From the NCBI GenBank assembly GCA_964016885.1, contig OZ024744.1:104532001-104596000 (forward strand): a stretch of 64,000 nt of DNA, in the 5' to 3' direction. The notes under the pieces are model-generated. The model searched no databases. It was not told the origin of the DNA and was given only the letters and a program-made list of their open reading frames with translations. Origin of the DNA: Eledone cirrhosa. Taxonomy: Eukaryota. The position numbers and the translations under genes were made by a program. Shown piece by piece: positions 42,346 through 55,907 of this stretch. The first letter of the stretch is position 1. Each line of letters begins with the position of its first letter.

Positions 42346-42929
42346 TATACACTAATTTAAAGTATTATAACATATATAATATGTATGATGAATATGTTCC
42401 TCAGTAAAAAAGCTCAATGCGTATTTGTGCAGAGTATTGTATGGAATATAATGATTTCTCCACTTTAAAGTATATAATGTTTCCTAAATATTATATGCTT
42501 TTTATATATATGTACAAAATACTGTGTTTCTCTAATGATATATGGCTATATACATATATTTTTTTTAATTGAATTGACCGTGACCTCTGGCGTCACGCAG
42601 TATTACAGAAGACCCGACTTTCCACGGGTACAAGCCGAAGCTGAAGCATATAGACAATATGCCCCTACCAGCCCACACTGTAAAGTGGACGTGTAGGAAA
42701 AAAGGCACGCAGCACTCACTGTAAATGAGGTTGGTGTTAGGAAGGGCATCCAGCTGTAGAAATCAAGCCAGAAGCAGTTCCTGTATGAGCAAGACAAGGT
42801 CAGCCAACCGGACACTGCCCACAACAGGACAACCCGTCTAACCCATGCTATCGTGGAAGAACGGACGTAAAACTGTTATGATGATGATGATGATATACAT
42901 ATCCACTCATTGTTGAAACAGCATGAGCT

Positions 42930-45240
42930 CAGCCATCGGGCACTAACCATTTACAATACAAACATTCTACTTTTCCTTACTAGGAAATGAGACAAAGTAT
43001 CTGTTTTGAACAATTAGTCCCTCCCTCGCGAAGAATGCACCTCCCAACATAATTTAATAGTTAGTGACCTCATCGTCAAAGCCAGACATAATTGCTGGCA
43101 GAGGAATACCTTAAGGAGAAGATTATGGAAGTTGAAGAACCCTGCAGCCAGTAACAAATTCAAAGGCATATTACTTGATGTAAGGAAGAGCAATTAGAGT
43201 CATACAATATAGAGGAACAGTGGGAATTCCTGTTGAAGGCAACTGATGAAATCTGTGGCTGGAGCAGACCATTAGGCAGGAGTAGAGTGACATGGTGGTG
43301 GAACAGTAAGGTGGAGGAGTCCATCAAGGGCAAAAAAACAGGCTTGGAAAGAATGGCAGGATGGGTGTAGTAGAGAGAGAAGCTTGACAGCAAGTATACC
43401 TTGCAAAGAGGGAAGCAGAGGATAGTAAGTTCAAGCATATTCTACAACAGGAGGACCAAAGACGTGAGGTATTCAGGATTGCAAGGCAATGTGTCAAGGA
43501 GAATTGTTATGTTGTTGGGGAGACGTGTGTCTGTAATGATGATGGTGTACTTGCCCTCACTGATACTGATAAGAAGGTAGCTTGGAAGTGTCACTATGAG
43601 AGACTACTGAATGTGGAGAATGAATGGAATAAAGATAGCCTGTCCCACATTGATCCAACAGAAGAACCAGCTGTGCAAGTTAATGGTAGTGTAGTAAGTA
43701 AGGCAATCAAAGATATGAAGACAGGCAAGGTAGCTGGACCTTTGGAGATAGTTGCTGAAATGTTGAAGGTATCTGGAATGGTGGGACATACTATGGTCAC
43801 CCGGATAGTAAACCAAGTAATACAGAATGGGGTCATACCAAATGACTGGCGTAGCAGCAGCATCATTATCAACTGTTACTAGGGCAAAGGAGACGCCCTG
43901 GACAGAGGAAAGTATAGGGGTATTAAATTAGTTGACCAAGTCATGAAAGTCACAGAAAGCGTTATTACTCAACTGATCAGTTTGGGTTTGTGCCAGGTAA
44001 AAGTACCACAGATGCTATTTTCCTTGTATGGCAATTACAGAAGTACCCCTCTACTTAGCTTTTGTTGATCTGGAGAAAGCCTTTGACAGAGTCCCACGCA
44101 CCTTAATCTGGTGGGCTCTTAGAAAACTAGGAGTGGAAGAATGGCTTGTGAGAGCTATAGAAGCCATGTATAGGGAACAGTCAGCAAGGTTAGAATTAAT
44201 GATGAATATCGTGATAAATTTAACGTAATATTAGGGGTTCGTCAAGGCTCCGTTCTTAGCCTCTTCCTGTATATTATTGTCCTACAGGCTGTAACAGAGG
44301 GGTTTAAGACTGGCTGCCCATGGGAACTTCTATATGCAGATGATCTAACTCTCATGGCTGAACTAAAGAGGAAGTTCCAAACATGGAAGCATAGCCTTGA
44401 ATCAAAAGGCCCTAGAGTCAACTTGTCTAAGACTAAGGTTCTAGTATGTAGAAAGGAGAATAGGGCACAAGTACCCCCTGGGAAATGGCCATGCTCAGTG
44501 TGTAAGAAAGGAGTAGGCGGAAATTCCATTCTATGTCCCAAATGCAAACTATGGGACATAAAAGATGTAGTAGGATCAGAGGTAAGCTATCTAAGAATGT
44601 AGATTTTATATGTGGCCGTAATTAGCAAGGACCCACTGGATGATATCTCCTTCAACTGTCCAGATGGTTCTATAGAAATAGCAGACACCTTCCGTTACCT
44701 GGGTGACAAAATCAACAGTGGAGGAGGGTGCTCTGAAAGTACAGTAGCCAGAATTAGAATGGGATGGAAAAAGTTCAGTGAGTTAATACCACTGTTGGCC
44801 ACAAGGGGTTATTCTCTAAAAATGAAAGGCAGATTGTATGATGCTTGCATACAGACAGCAATGTTACACGGCAGTGAGACCTGGGCATTGTGTGCTGAAG
44901 ACCTGCGTAGATTAGAACGAAATGAAGCTTGCATGCTCCGATTGTACACCCCCACCCTCACACGTCTATCACATCCCCCCTCTCCCTTTCCGTCCACTGT
45001 GTCGATGACACAACAGTCCACTCTGTAAGGTGGCCATGTAGGAGACATGGTGAAAAGGCTCCCAGTCCACACTGTGAATGTGGTTGGTATTAGGAAGGGC
45101 ATCCAGCTGTAAAAAACCTGCCAGAGACGCTTCTGTGCGAGCGAGGCATGGTCTCTCGACCATTCCTGCACCAAATGGAACAAAACCGTCTAACCCATGC
45201 TAGCGTGGAAGATGGACGTTAAACGATGATGATGATGAGT
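42930..45240 (+). mobile_element. Decayed RTE LINE (RT, cysteine-rich finger, C-terminus, 3' UTR)
   Basis: AFVDLEKAFDRVP, PWELLYADDL, KWPCSVCKKGVGGNSILCPKC, GWKKFSEL...MLHGSETW. Confidence 0.9.
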
Positions 45241-45280
45241 AATTAGCTAAACATGGTCTAACGAGTGTAAACTGGTAACT

Positions 45281-45347
<67 letters not shown>

Positions 45348-45374
45348 CATATATATACATATATATATATACAT

Positions 45375-45720
45375 GGAGGCACATGGCTTAGTGGTTAGAG
45401 CATTGGCCTTGCAATCGAAAGGTTGTGAGTTCAATTCTCAGACCGGGTGATGTGTTGTTTCCGTGAGCAAGACACTTTATTTCACATTGCTCCAGTTTAC
45501 TCAGCTGTAGAAATGAGATGATAGGGACTGGGGTCCCTATCATTCCACTGCAAAGTGGTCGTGGAGGTGCCACGGCAAAAAAGCACCCAGCACTCACTGT
45601 AAATGAGGTTGGTGTTAGGAAGGGCATCCAGCTGTGGAAATCAAGCCAGAACCAGTTCCCGTCCCACCCTTGCAAGCAGGGAAAAGCGGACGTAAAATGA
45701 TGATGATGATGATGATGATA
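45375..45720 (+). mobile_element. tRNA/CORE-type SINE family A, full length
   Basis: A-box tggcttagtgg, B-box gagttcaattct, CORE-like block, internal hairpin atgatagggac-tggg-gtccctatcat, RTE-type tail. Confidence 0.9.
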
Positions 45721-46070
45721 CATATATAGTTGTTAGGTGTGTAACATTAGTTACAGATGCATCACCAGTTTGAGGACTCGATGCTGTTACAAAGGTCTAT
45801 TGAGGTAGGTTTTTACACCTGTATTACCAACAGTTAATAGTTAGCTGTAACATGCAGTGAGTTAATAATAAACAGGCTGGAACAAAAGTGTCAAGATTAC
45901 ACCATTTACATATCTTCATACAAGACGTGTTTTGTTATAAATCAGCTCAAGGTACAATTGATCACAACCAGACCTGACTCTGTAATCAATAGTTCTTCAG
46001 ATATGTCAGCTATTCATCTGTAAATGTTTACATACAAAATTATAAATTATAAAGGAACATTAAAACTTAC

Positions 46071-46116
46071 TTTTTCTTTAATTTGTTCAAATAGGAAATC
46101 TTTGCAGCGTTTGTCT
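46071..46116 (-). CDS. RWDD4: RWDD4 coding exon 4 (46 nt)
   Basis: cttcag acceptor, GTAAGT donor; phase fits the neighbouring exons; (L)DKRCKDFLFEQIKEK. Confidence 0.85.
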
Positions 46117-46159
46117 CTGAAGTAGAAAACAATACCATCAAAGACAAAATTAACTTTCA

Positions 46160-47120
46160 TATATTCTTGGTATGATATGGAAGAGATGGAAATGTTATAT
46201 GTATTCTTGAACAATGGTATGTTATGGAAGAGATGGAAGTGTTATATATAATCTTGAACAATGGTATGTTATGGAAGAGATGGAAGATCATGATCATTTT
46301 ACGTCCGCTTTTCCCTGCTTCCAAGGGTGGGACGGGTCTTATTCAGCACAGCATCTCTCCACTTTTCACGGTCCTTCGTCATCTCCACCGTGAGCTTCAG
46401 CGATCCGAGGTCAGTTCTCACCACCTCCGCCCATGTTTTTCGTGGTCTACCACTACCACGTCTTCCTTCAACTGGCATTTCCTGGCACTTCTTCACCCAT
46501 CGGTCATCCTCCATGCGCATCACATATCCATACCACCTCAGTCTCCTCTCTCGCACACTACATTCTATCCCTCTCAACACATTCATGCTGGGTCGTTCAC
46601 ACACATTGACATTGCACATCCAACGGAGCATGCTTGCCTCATTTCTCTCCAGCCATCGCATATCCTCTGCAGTTGCTACCCATGTCTCACTACCATGCAG
46701 CATTGCGCTCCTCACACAGGCATCATATAACCGGCCTTTCGTACGCAGGGAGAAACCCTTCTTCGTCAGCAGAGGAAGCAGCTCCCTAAACTTCTTCCAA
46801 CCCGTCCTTTTTCTAGATACTATGGCCTCAGAATAACAATGGAAGTGTTATATATAATCTTGAACAATGGTATGTTATGGAAGAGATGGAAGTGTTATAT
46901 ATAATCTTGAACAATGGTATGTTATGAAAGAGATGGAAGTGTTATATATAATCTTGAACAATGGTATGTTATGGAAGAGATGGAAGTGTTATATATAATC
47001 TTGAACAATGGTATGTTATGGAAGAGATGGTAGTGTTATATATAATCTTGAACAATGGTATGTTATGGAAGAGATGGAAGTGTTACATATATTCTTGAAC
47101 AATGGTATGGTATGGAAGAG
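46160..47120. repeat. 47-bp minisatellite interrupted by an RTE insertion
   Basis: Unit atggtatgttatggaagagatggaagtgttatatataatcttgaaca. Confidence 0.9.
46287..46838 (-). mobile_element. Young 5'-truncated RTE LINE with 7-bp TSD
   Basis: TSD atggaag at 46280-86 and 46839-45; open ORF 46299-46715. Confidence 0.9.
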
Positions 47121-47232
47121 TTACAAGCCCAAAGTTATTCTCAACTATTTTATAGTGATGATTTGTGTTGTACCTTGATAGCAAAACATATTTTGAAATT
47201 TAATTCACTAAAATTTGAACAGGTTTCCAGTA

Positions 47233-47499
47233 CAGTGGAACCTTGGCTCAAGAACTTAATTTGTTCCTGAAGGCCTGAAATGTTTGTAAACCGAAAGTAT
47301 TTTTCCCAGACAAAATGTTGAGAAAGAGACTATGTGAAAGACATAGATATCACCACAGTAACTAACTACACACCAAGTGACACTTTCCTGCCAATTCTCC
47401 CAACCATTGTTGCCAGCTTGCGTGTTTGTTACTTGAGTCAGTTTGTCAACCGAGATGTTTTACATTCGGAAAAATTGTTTGTGAACTGAAATTCCATTC
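47233..47499. mobile_element. Tigger/pogo-like MITE
   Basis: TA-cagtggaaccttggctcaagaac ... tttgtgaactgaaattccattc-TA; TIRs degenerate. Confidence 0.55.
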
Positions 47500-48282
47500 T
47501 ATTTTCCATGAAGGTTTAAAGATCTCTTTACAAAGGACAACAACAATAATAATAACAATATCAACAATGTCAGTAGCCATAGAAACTAATAGAGTAAACA
47601 TTGATTTTTTTTTCAAGTTATACCATTAATAATTGTTTCTAACATAGACACAAGGTCATTGATTTTTATGGGGGGGGGGGGGGGGGATTAATCTTCCCCC
47701 AGTATTTTACGGGTATTTTATCAAACCTGGAAGGATGAAAGGCAAAGCCGGCCTTGATGGGATTTGAACTGAGAACACAAAGGGTCATAACTAAATGCTA
47801 CAAAGAGTTTTGTCTGCTGCTCTACTGATACTTCCAATCCAACACCATTGTTGATGACTTCTTTTATTGACCACAATGGTTTCTAATTTAGTCACAAGGC
47901 CAGCAATTTGGGGAGGGAGGGGGGGGGGGGGATAAGTCAATTATATTGATCTCAGTGCTTGACCGGTAGTTTAGTTTATCTACCTTGGAGGGATGAACTG
48001 CAAAGAACCAGATCAAACACCACATACCATTTTGTTGGACACTACCAATTCTACCAATACACCACCCTCAGCTTTACTACTAATAATAATGAGGGAGGCA
48101 ACAAAAACAAGGAGTCTATTTTATAAAACACACATTAATCCTAATCCTTAATCTTTAAATTTGATGTTTTTAAAATGTATTCCATACAAGGAACATACTA
48201 TACAGTGACATTAAGTGAAACACTGCTAAAACTAATGTAGCTGAGCTTCAATTCCACAATTATATATAATATACATAAGTAT

Positions 48283-48915
48283 ATGGGTATGTTAAATAAT
48301 TACATGGATTTATCACATAATTATATGAATATATTACATAATTATATGGATATATCACATAATTACATGGATATATCACATAATTACATGGATATATCAC
48401 ATAATTACATGGATATATCACATAATTATATGGATATATCACATAATTACATGGATATATCACATAATTACATGGATATATCACATAATTACATGGATAT
48501 ATCACATAATTATATGGATATATCACATAATTACATGGATATATCACATAATTACATGGATATATCACATAATTACATGGATATATCACATAATTATATG
48601 GATATATCACATAATTACATGGATATATCACATAATTACATGGATATATCACATAATTACATGGATATATCACATAATTATATGGATATATCACATAATT
48701 ACATGGATATATCACACAATTACATGGATATATCACACAATTATATGGATAAATCACACAATTATATGGATAAATCACACAATTATATGGATATATTACA
48801 TAATTATATGAAGTTACATAATTATATGGATATATCACATAATCATATGGACATATCACATAGTTATATGGATATGTCACATAATTACATGGATATATCA
48901 CACAATTATATGGAT
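48283..48915. repeat. 21-bp minisatellite, ~30 units
   Basis: Unit atggatatatcacataatta(c/t). Confidence 0.95.
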
Positions 48916-49416
48916 GAGTGACCTAATTATGTATATTACAAACTGAAAAAGATTGATTTAAATAGAACATGATAAATCTATCTGTGTACATTCATACAAG
49001 CAAGATATCTATCTGTTGTATATTTATACAAGCAGGATATATTAAATATTTAAATATTGAAGTCTTTACTCACTAATATTACAAATTTTCATAACAATCT
49101 GTCCACCAGGAAAGATAATATAAACATTTGAAGTAACAAAACAAATCACATTAACAAGGTGTTGAAAAGTACAAAACAGCACTGTGATTGCATCACATTA
49201 AATATTGATGTCTTAACTCTCTAATACTGCAATGTGTCCACAAGCAAAGACACTATAAAGATTTTCTTCTAATCATTACAGGACGTTAAGAGTTAAATTT
49301 CAGACATAATAATGTAAATAAGATTAAACATATACAAAGATATAATTTATCTTTAATTCAGTTATAATGATACGATATATATATGATATGATATGAAAAA
49401 TGGATACTATACTTAC

Positions 49417-49526
49417 AAATGATTATTATAAAAAGTATCTAAATTAAAAGAAGGAATTTCATCAGGATATTGTTCTCCCCAACTAATTTCAATCAGTAAG
49501 GACTGAGCTGAGTCATCTTCACCATA
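49417..49526 (-). CDS. RWDD4: RWDD4 coding exon 3 (110 nt)
   Basis: AG acceptor, GTAAGT donor; YGEDDSAQSLLIEISWGEQYPDEIPSFNLDTFYNNH with the RWD YPxxxP motif. Confidence 0.95.
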
Positions 49527-50392
49527 CTAAGACAAGAAAAATAAACAAAAGAAATCATTGAATCATTGAATTATTTCAATTAAACTAGAGTAAAGTGTTT
49601 CGCTCAAGTTACATTCTTTACAAATTTACATCTTTTCACAGAGAAATGAGAGTGTAGGGCTACCAACCTAACACATGGTATGCTTTGCGTCTAGTGTACC
49701 TGGTAAAGCCCATCCCCCTCAAGCCTGAATACAGCCGATTTCTTCTTCTTAGAGAGAGAGAGAGAGAGATGGACTAATACTTTATTCATCAATTGTGAAA
49801 GGGTGAAAGGCAAAGTTCACCTTGGCAGAATTCGAACCCAGTGTGCAGAGAACAGAAACATATAGAGATGTATTTAATCCTTCTGTTACTATATTTTTAA
49901 TGAAAGACACATTGCTTATGGCTTTCAAATCATGTTTTCAAAATAATTAAGAATTTAGTGCGTTTTGGTAATATAACTAACTTTCTCATTATTAATCTGG
50001 TGTTTGGTGCATAACAAAGATTCTTACATAAAATAATTGTTTCTACTTTTAGGCACAAGGCCAGCAATTACCCAGTGCATTACTGGTACTTTATTCTATC
50101 GACCCCGTAAGGATGAAAGGCAAAGTTAACCTCGGCGGGATTTGAACTCAGACTGTAAAGGGACATAAAATAATGATGGAAGATTTTAGATATAGAAACA
50201 CTTTAGAATAAACAGCTTTGTATCATAGAGCCAGGATTTGTCTTAGGTGGTTTGATATTAAAAGGAATAACACAACACCCTAATGACTCTACCAGCTTGC
50301 TACCTTAACATTATAGCAGATAAAAGACCTTATTTTATTGAGTTCATTCTACTTTAGTAAAAAATTTCAAACATATATCTCTACATTAGATA

Positions 50393-50522
50393 TGTGATGT
50401 AGTTTGTACTAAGTACACTGAACGTGTGAAGTAGTTTGTACCAAGTACACTAGTCATTTGAAGTAGTTTGTACCAAGTACACTAGTCATGTGATGTAGTT
50501 TGTACCAAGTACACTAGTCATG
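50393..50522. repeat. 32-bp tandem repeat, 4 copies
   Basis: Unit tgtga(t/a)gtagtttgtaccaagtacactagtca. Confidence 0.85.
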
Positions 50523-50734
50523 CCATGTAACTAAATTAGATGTAGATAGCAGACATCATATGTTTAGACTCATCAATTGTCAGTGAATCATTGTTTCCAA
50601 AAAATTAACTGAGTTAACTTAAAAGAATGGTAGCCAAAAGGCATTCTTTTAAAAATACAAACTTCAGTAATAAAGCAGATTAGCTTAGAAAGAAGAAGCA
50701 CAGTTAATCCTGAATATGCACAATGACTAACAAG

Positions 50735-51702
50735 AAGAATTACTGGTACTTATAGCAGAAACAGTAGAGGAGCTAGAGAATAAATTCCGGCTGTGGAAAC
50801 AGCAGTTGGAATCAAGGGGTCTGAGAGTGAACCTAGCAAAGACTAACGTGTTGATAAGTAGGAAAGAAGACAAAACTCTGATTCCATCAGGAAAATGGCC
50901 ATGTTCGATATGTAGAAAAGAAGTTGGCATAAACTCTATAGAATGAACACAATGCAGATCTTGGGTACACAAGCGGTGTAGTGGGTTAGCAGGCAAACTA
51001 ACACGGAAAACTTCATATATAGTAGATGTTCAGGGAAAATTGATAGAAGTGTCAGTGATAGGATCACTTTTCAAATGCAGGTAGGATCTATAGAAGTGGT
51101 TGATAGCTTCCGATACCTAGGTGATCAGATTAGCAAGAGAGGAAGCTGCTCTGAGGCCATAGTATCTAGAATAAGGACAGGATGGAAGAAGTTGACAATG
51201 AAGGGTTTCTCCCTACGAGCAAAGGGTTGGTTATATGATGCCTGTGTGAGATGCGCAATGCTGCATGATAGTGAGACATGGACAGCAACTGTGGAGGATA
51301 TGTGAAGGCTGGAGAGAAATGAAGCACATATGCTCCGTTGGATGTGCAATGTCAATGTACGCGAACGACCAAGCATAGATGAGTTGAGAAAGAAACTGGG
51401 TATAAGATGGATAAGTTGTGGTGTGCAGGAGAGAAGGCTGAGATGGTATGGACATGTGATGCGCATGGAAGATGACCGATGGGTGAAGAAGTGTCAAGAA
51501 ATCCCAGTTGGAAGGAAGATGCAGTAGAGGAAGACCATGGCAAACATGGGCGGAGGTGGTGAGAAGTGACCTCAGAATGCTGAAGCTCATAGAGGAGATG
51601 ACGAAGGACCATGACAAATGGAGAGGTGTTGTGCTGAAGAGGACTCATCCCACCCTTGCAAGCAAGGAAAAGCGAATTTATGATGATGATGATGATGATG
51701 AT
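50735..51702 (+). mobile_element. 5'-truncated RTE LINE
   Basis: GKWPCSIC finger, VDSFRYLGD, ERRLRWYGHV, (GAT)n tail. Confidence 0.9.
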
Positions 51703-52074
51703 ATATATATATATATATATAGTACTGTATGTAAAATCCTCATCATTTTACTTCCCCTTTCCAGGCTGGCATGGGTTGGACAGGTTGCTTTCTGAGACTA
51801 GAAGGGTTGGAGCAACCAGTTTTGTACATTATTATCCGTATTTGCCATAGTTTCTATGGCTGAATGGCCTCCCTAACACCAACTACCTTGTAGGGTGTAC
51901 TGGGTGTATTTTATCATAGCAGCAACACAAGTTTAGAATAAATAGAGCATACAAGGTTGGCACCAGGAAGGGCATCTGACCATAAAAAATTGCCTTAAAA
52001 AGGACCCTATGAGAAAAATGAAGCCTGCAAGGTAATTACTGCTTTAGCAGTGGAAATGCCTTGTCTTGTTATTG

Positions 52075-52423
52075 TTATCATCATCATCATCATCATTTCA
52101 TTTTACGTCCGCTTTTTCCCTGCTTGCAAGGGTGGGACGGGAACTGATTCTGGCTTGATTTCCACAGCTGGATGCCCTTCCTAACACCAACCTCATTTAC
52201 AGTGAGTGCTGGGTGCTTTTTTGCTGTGGCACCTCCACGACCACTTTGCAGTGGAATGATAGGGACCCCAGTCCCTATCATCTCATTTCTACAGCTGAGT
52301 AAACTGGAGCAATGTGAAATAAAGTGTCTTGCTCAAGGAAACAACACATCACCCGGTCTGAGGATTGAACTCACAACCTTTCGATTGCAAGGCCAATGCT
52401 CTAACCACTAAGCCATGTGCCTC
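52075..52423 (-). mobile_element. tRNA/CORE-type SINE family A, full length
   Basis: Reverse complement of 45375-45720. Confidence 0.9.
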
Positions 52424-52800
52424 ATATTGATATATAAAAGGATATATCTTTTTAATTTCATATTAAATATGTAGCTTCCCATGCGAGTGCACCACCACCT
52501 TTACGGTCTGAGTTCAAATCCCGCCAAGATTCACTTTGCCTTTCATCCTTACGGGGGTCGATAAAATAAAGCACCAGTAATGTACTGGAGTAATTGCTGG
52601 CCTTGTGCCAAAAGTAGAAACAATTATTAATGACAAAAGAAGTAAAACTGTGATATGTTAAAAGGGTTTACCAGTAAATATTAGTAACAAGACTTATTTT
52701 TATGTTTATTATTTTTTTCCTTCAAATATTTTGGTTTGTCAAAATTGGGGTATATCCTTGAGGGCGAAGTATCTTTGATGAAGGGAAATATGGTAGTTAC

Positions 52801-52881
52801 CTTATACTGAAAGATTGTATCACTAATTTTTTTAAAACAGTCATCTCCAATGTAAATGGATTCTAAGACTTCGAGCTCCTC
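52801..52881 (-). CDS. RWDD4: RWDD4 coding exon 2 (81 nt)
   Basis: ttttctag acceptor, GTAAC donor; EELEVLESIYIGDDCFKKISDTIFQYK (RWD ELExLxSIY helix). Confidence 0.95.
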
Positions 52882-53047
52882 CTAGAAAACAAACAAAAAA
52901 ATATATTTTTAATCCTTTCATACTCTGAATACTTGTGAAATTTACCGAATACTTAATAAATTAGCACTGGAATAAAATATGTAGTATTATCATTGTAATG
53001 ATAAAAATTCTGTTATAGATCAGTTAGGTTAAGCAGCAGGTAGAGTC

Positions 53048-54250
53048 TACTTGGTAGTAATACCATCCTATAGCCACACATAGAATTGGATGGAAAAATA
53101 CATTTACTTGTTGTAATACCATCCTATAGCCACACACAGAATTGGATGGAAAAATACAACATTTACTTGTAGTAATACCATCCTATAGCCACACAGAGAA
53201 TTGGATGGAAAAATACAACATTTACTTGTAGTAATACCATCCTATAGCCACACAGAGAATTGGATGGAAAAATACATTTACTTGTAGTCATACCATCCTA
53301 TAGCCACACAGAATTGGATGGAAAAATACAACATTTACTTGTAGTCATACCATCCTATAGCCACACACAGAATTGGATGGAAAAATACATTTACTTGTAG
53401 TCATACCATCCTATAGCCACACAGAATTGGATGGAAAAATACAACATTTACTTGTAGTAATACCATCCTATAGTCACACATAGAATTGGATGGAAAAATA
53501 CATTTACTTGTAGTCATACCATCCTATAGCCACACACAGAATTGGATGGAAAAATACAACATTTACTTGTAGTAATACCATCCTATAGCCACACACAGAA
53601 TTGGATGGAAAAATACAACATTTACTTGTAGTAATACCATCCTATAGTCACACAGAATTGGATGGAAAAATACAACATTTACTTGTAGTAATACCATCCT
53701 ATAGTCACACACAGAATTGGATGGAAAAATACAACATTTACTTGTAGTAATACCATCCTATAGCCACACAGAATTGGATGGAAAAATACATTTACTTGTA
53801 GTAATACCATCCTATAGCCACACAGAATTGGATGGAAAAATACAACATTTACTTGTAGTCATACCATCCTATAGCCACACATAGAATTGGATGGAAAAAT
53901 ACATTTACTTGTAGTAATACCATCCTATAGCCACACACAGAATTGGATGGAAAAATACATTTACTTGTAGTCATACCATCCTATAGCCACACAGAATTGG
54001 ATGGAAAAATACATTTACTTGTAGTCATACCATCCTATAGCCACACATAGAATTGGATGGAAAAATACAACATTTACTTGTAGTAATACCATCCTATAGC
54101 CACACATAGAATTGGATGGAAAAATACATTTACTTGTAGTAATACCATCCTATAGCCACACAGAGAATTGGATGGAAAAATACAACATTTACTTGTAGTC
54201 ATACCATCCTATAGCCACACACAGAATTGGATGGAAAAATACATTTATTT
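53048..54250. repeat. 55-60-bp minisatellite, ~21 units
   Basis: Unit tacttgtagt(a/c)ataccatcctatagccacac(..)agaattggatggaaaaata(caa)catt. Confidence 0.95.
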
Positions 54251-55244
54251 GATAACCAGGAAAAAATGTGTGTATTATACTCAAATAAATGCAATAATTT
54301 GTACTTCATACATATAAAATCATTAACAATACAGTTATGTTAAGATGATAATGTATTAAAAATAATGAAATAAACAATTGTTTTACATTCCTTTCAAGTC
54401 ATGGTTTAGCAAAATTATATAAAGATCATATCATCACCATCACATCACAATCATCATCACTGTTTAACATCTATTTTCCATGGTGGCATGGGTTAGGAGG
54501 GTTGTCATAGGTCGGGTGACCACATCTTGCTCATATGTTCCATTTTGTAGCTTGGTTTTCTAGAGCTGAATGTCCTTCCTAATGCAAACTACTTTAAAAT
54601 GTAACATGGGACCAGCACCACCACCTTACAAGGTAGACTGGATACTTTTTGTTGTGGCAACAGCACTACCACATCACAGGGTGGTCTGGAAACTTTTCAT
54701 CATGGTACAGCAATATCACATTACAGAAAGGGTTGCATGGTTTTTATCCTGGCACTAGCACTACCACTTTACAGGGTGGACTGGGTGCAACAGCAGCACT
54801 ACCTCATTACAACACTAAGGTGCATATGTGTCCTTGACCATGCTGAGAAGGGATTGATGGGAGTGGGGATGTAATAAATGAGAGTAACTGAGACAGTGAT
54901 ATAAATAGTTTCCAGGAAGGATCCATAAAAGTGGTTGATAGCTTCTGCTACCTAAGTGATATAATTAGCTGTGGAATAGGGTGCTCCAAGAACATAACAG
55001 TTAGAATACGGGTAGGAAGAAAGAAGTTTAAGGAGCTATTACCCTTGCTAACAAAAGGTTTCTCCATACAAACGAAAAGTCAGCTGTATGATGCCTGTGT
55101 GCAAAGTGCCATGTTGCACGGTATTGAGATATGTGCAGTGAACACAGAGGATATGCACAGGTTGGAGAGAAATGAAGGAACCATGCTTCAATGGATGTGC
55201 AATTTTAAGATGTACTAAGTTGGTGTTGTGACATTCTGGGGACT

Positions 55245-55907
55245 ATGGAGTGGAAGTGCTGGGTCATGAGAGTAGAAATGCTGGGTCATGGGAGAGAAAA
55301 TGCTGGGTCATGGGAGAGGGAATGATGTGTCATAAGAGTGGAAGTGCTGGGTCATGAGAGTAGGAATGCTGGGTCATAAGAGAGGAAGTCTAGGTCATGA
55401 GTGGGAGTGCTGGGTCATGGGAGAGGAAGTGCTGGGTCATGAGAGTAGAAGTGCTGGGTCATGGGAAAGGAAGTGCTGGGTCATGGGGGTGGAAGTGCTG
55501 GGTCATGGGAGTGGAAGTGCTGGGTCATGGGGGTGGAAGTGCTGGGTCATGGGAGTGGAAGTGCTGGGTCATGGGAGTGGAAGTGCTGGGTCATGGGAGT
55601 GGAAGTGCTGGGTCATGGGAGAGGAAGTGTTAGGTCATGGGAGTGGAAGTGCTGGGTCATGAGAGTAGAAGTGCTGGGTCATGGGAAAGGAAGTGCTGGG
55701 TCATGGGAGAGGAAGTGCTGGGTCATGGGAGAGGAAGTGCTGGGTCATGAGAGTAGAAGTGCTGGGTCATGAGTAGAAGTGCTGGGTCATGGGAGAGGAA
55801 GTGTTAGGTCATGGGAGAGGAAGTGCTGGGTCATGGGAGTGGAAGTGCTGAGTCATGGGAGTGGAAGTGCTGGATCATGGGAGAGGAAGTGCTGGGTCAT
55901 GAGAGTG
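55245..55907. repeat. 22-bp G-rich minisatellite, ~30 units
   Basis: Unit ggaagtgctgggtcatgggagt. Confidence 0.95.

Noticed and set aside
45375-45450. tRNA gene
   Set aside because: A and B boxes are present, but the sequence runs into a SINE body and is multi-copy; no full cloverleaf.
48260-48921. 212-aa MDISHNY repeat ORF (superficially reflectin-like M/D/Y/N composition) and its antisense ORF
   Set aside because: A 21-bp tandem repeat open on both strands inside an RWDD4 intron; it lacks the reflectin motif, unique flanking coding sequence and evident splice signals.
55354-55772. ORFs across the G-rich repeat
   Set aside because: The 22-bp period cycles through all three frames; this is a repeat artefact.
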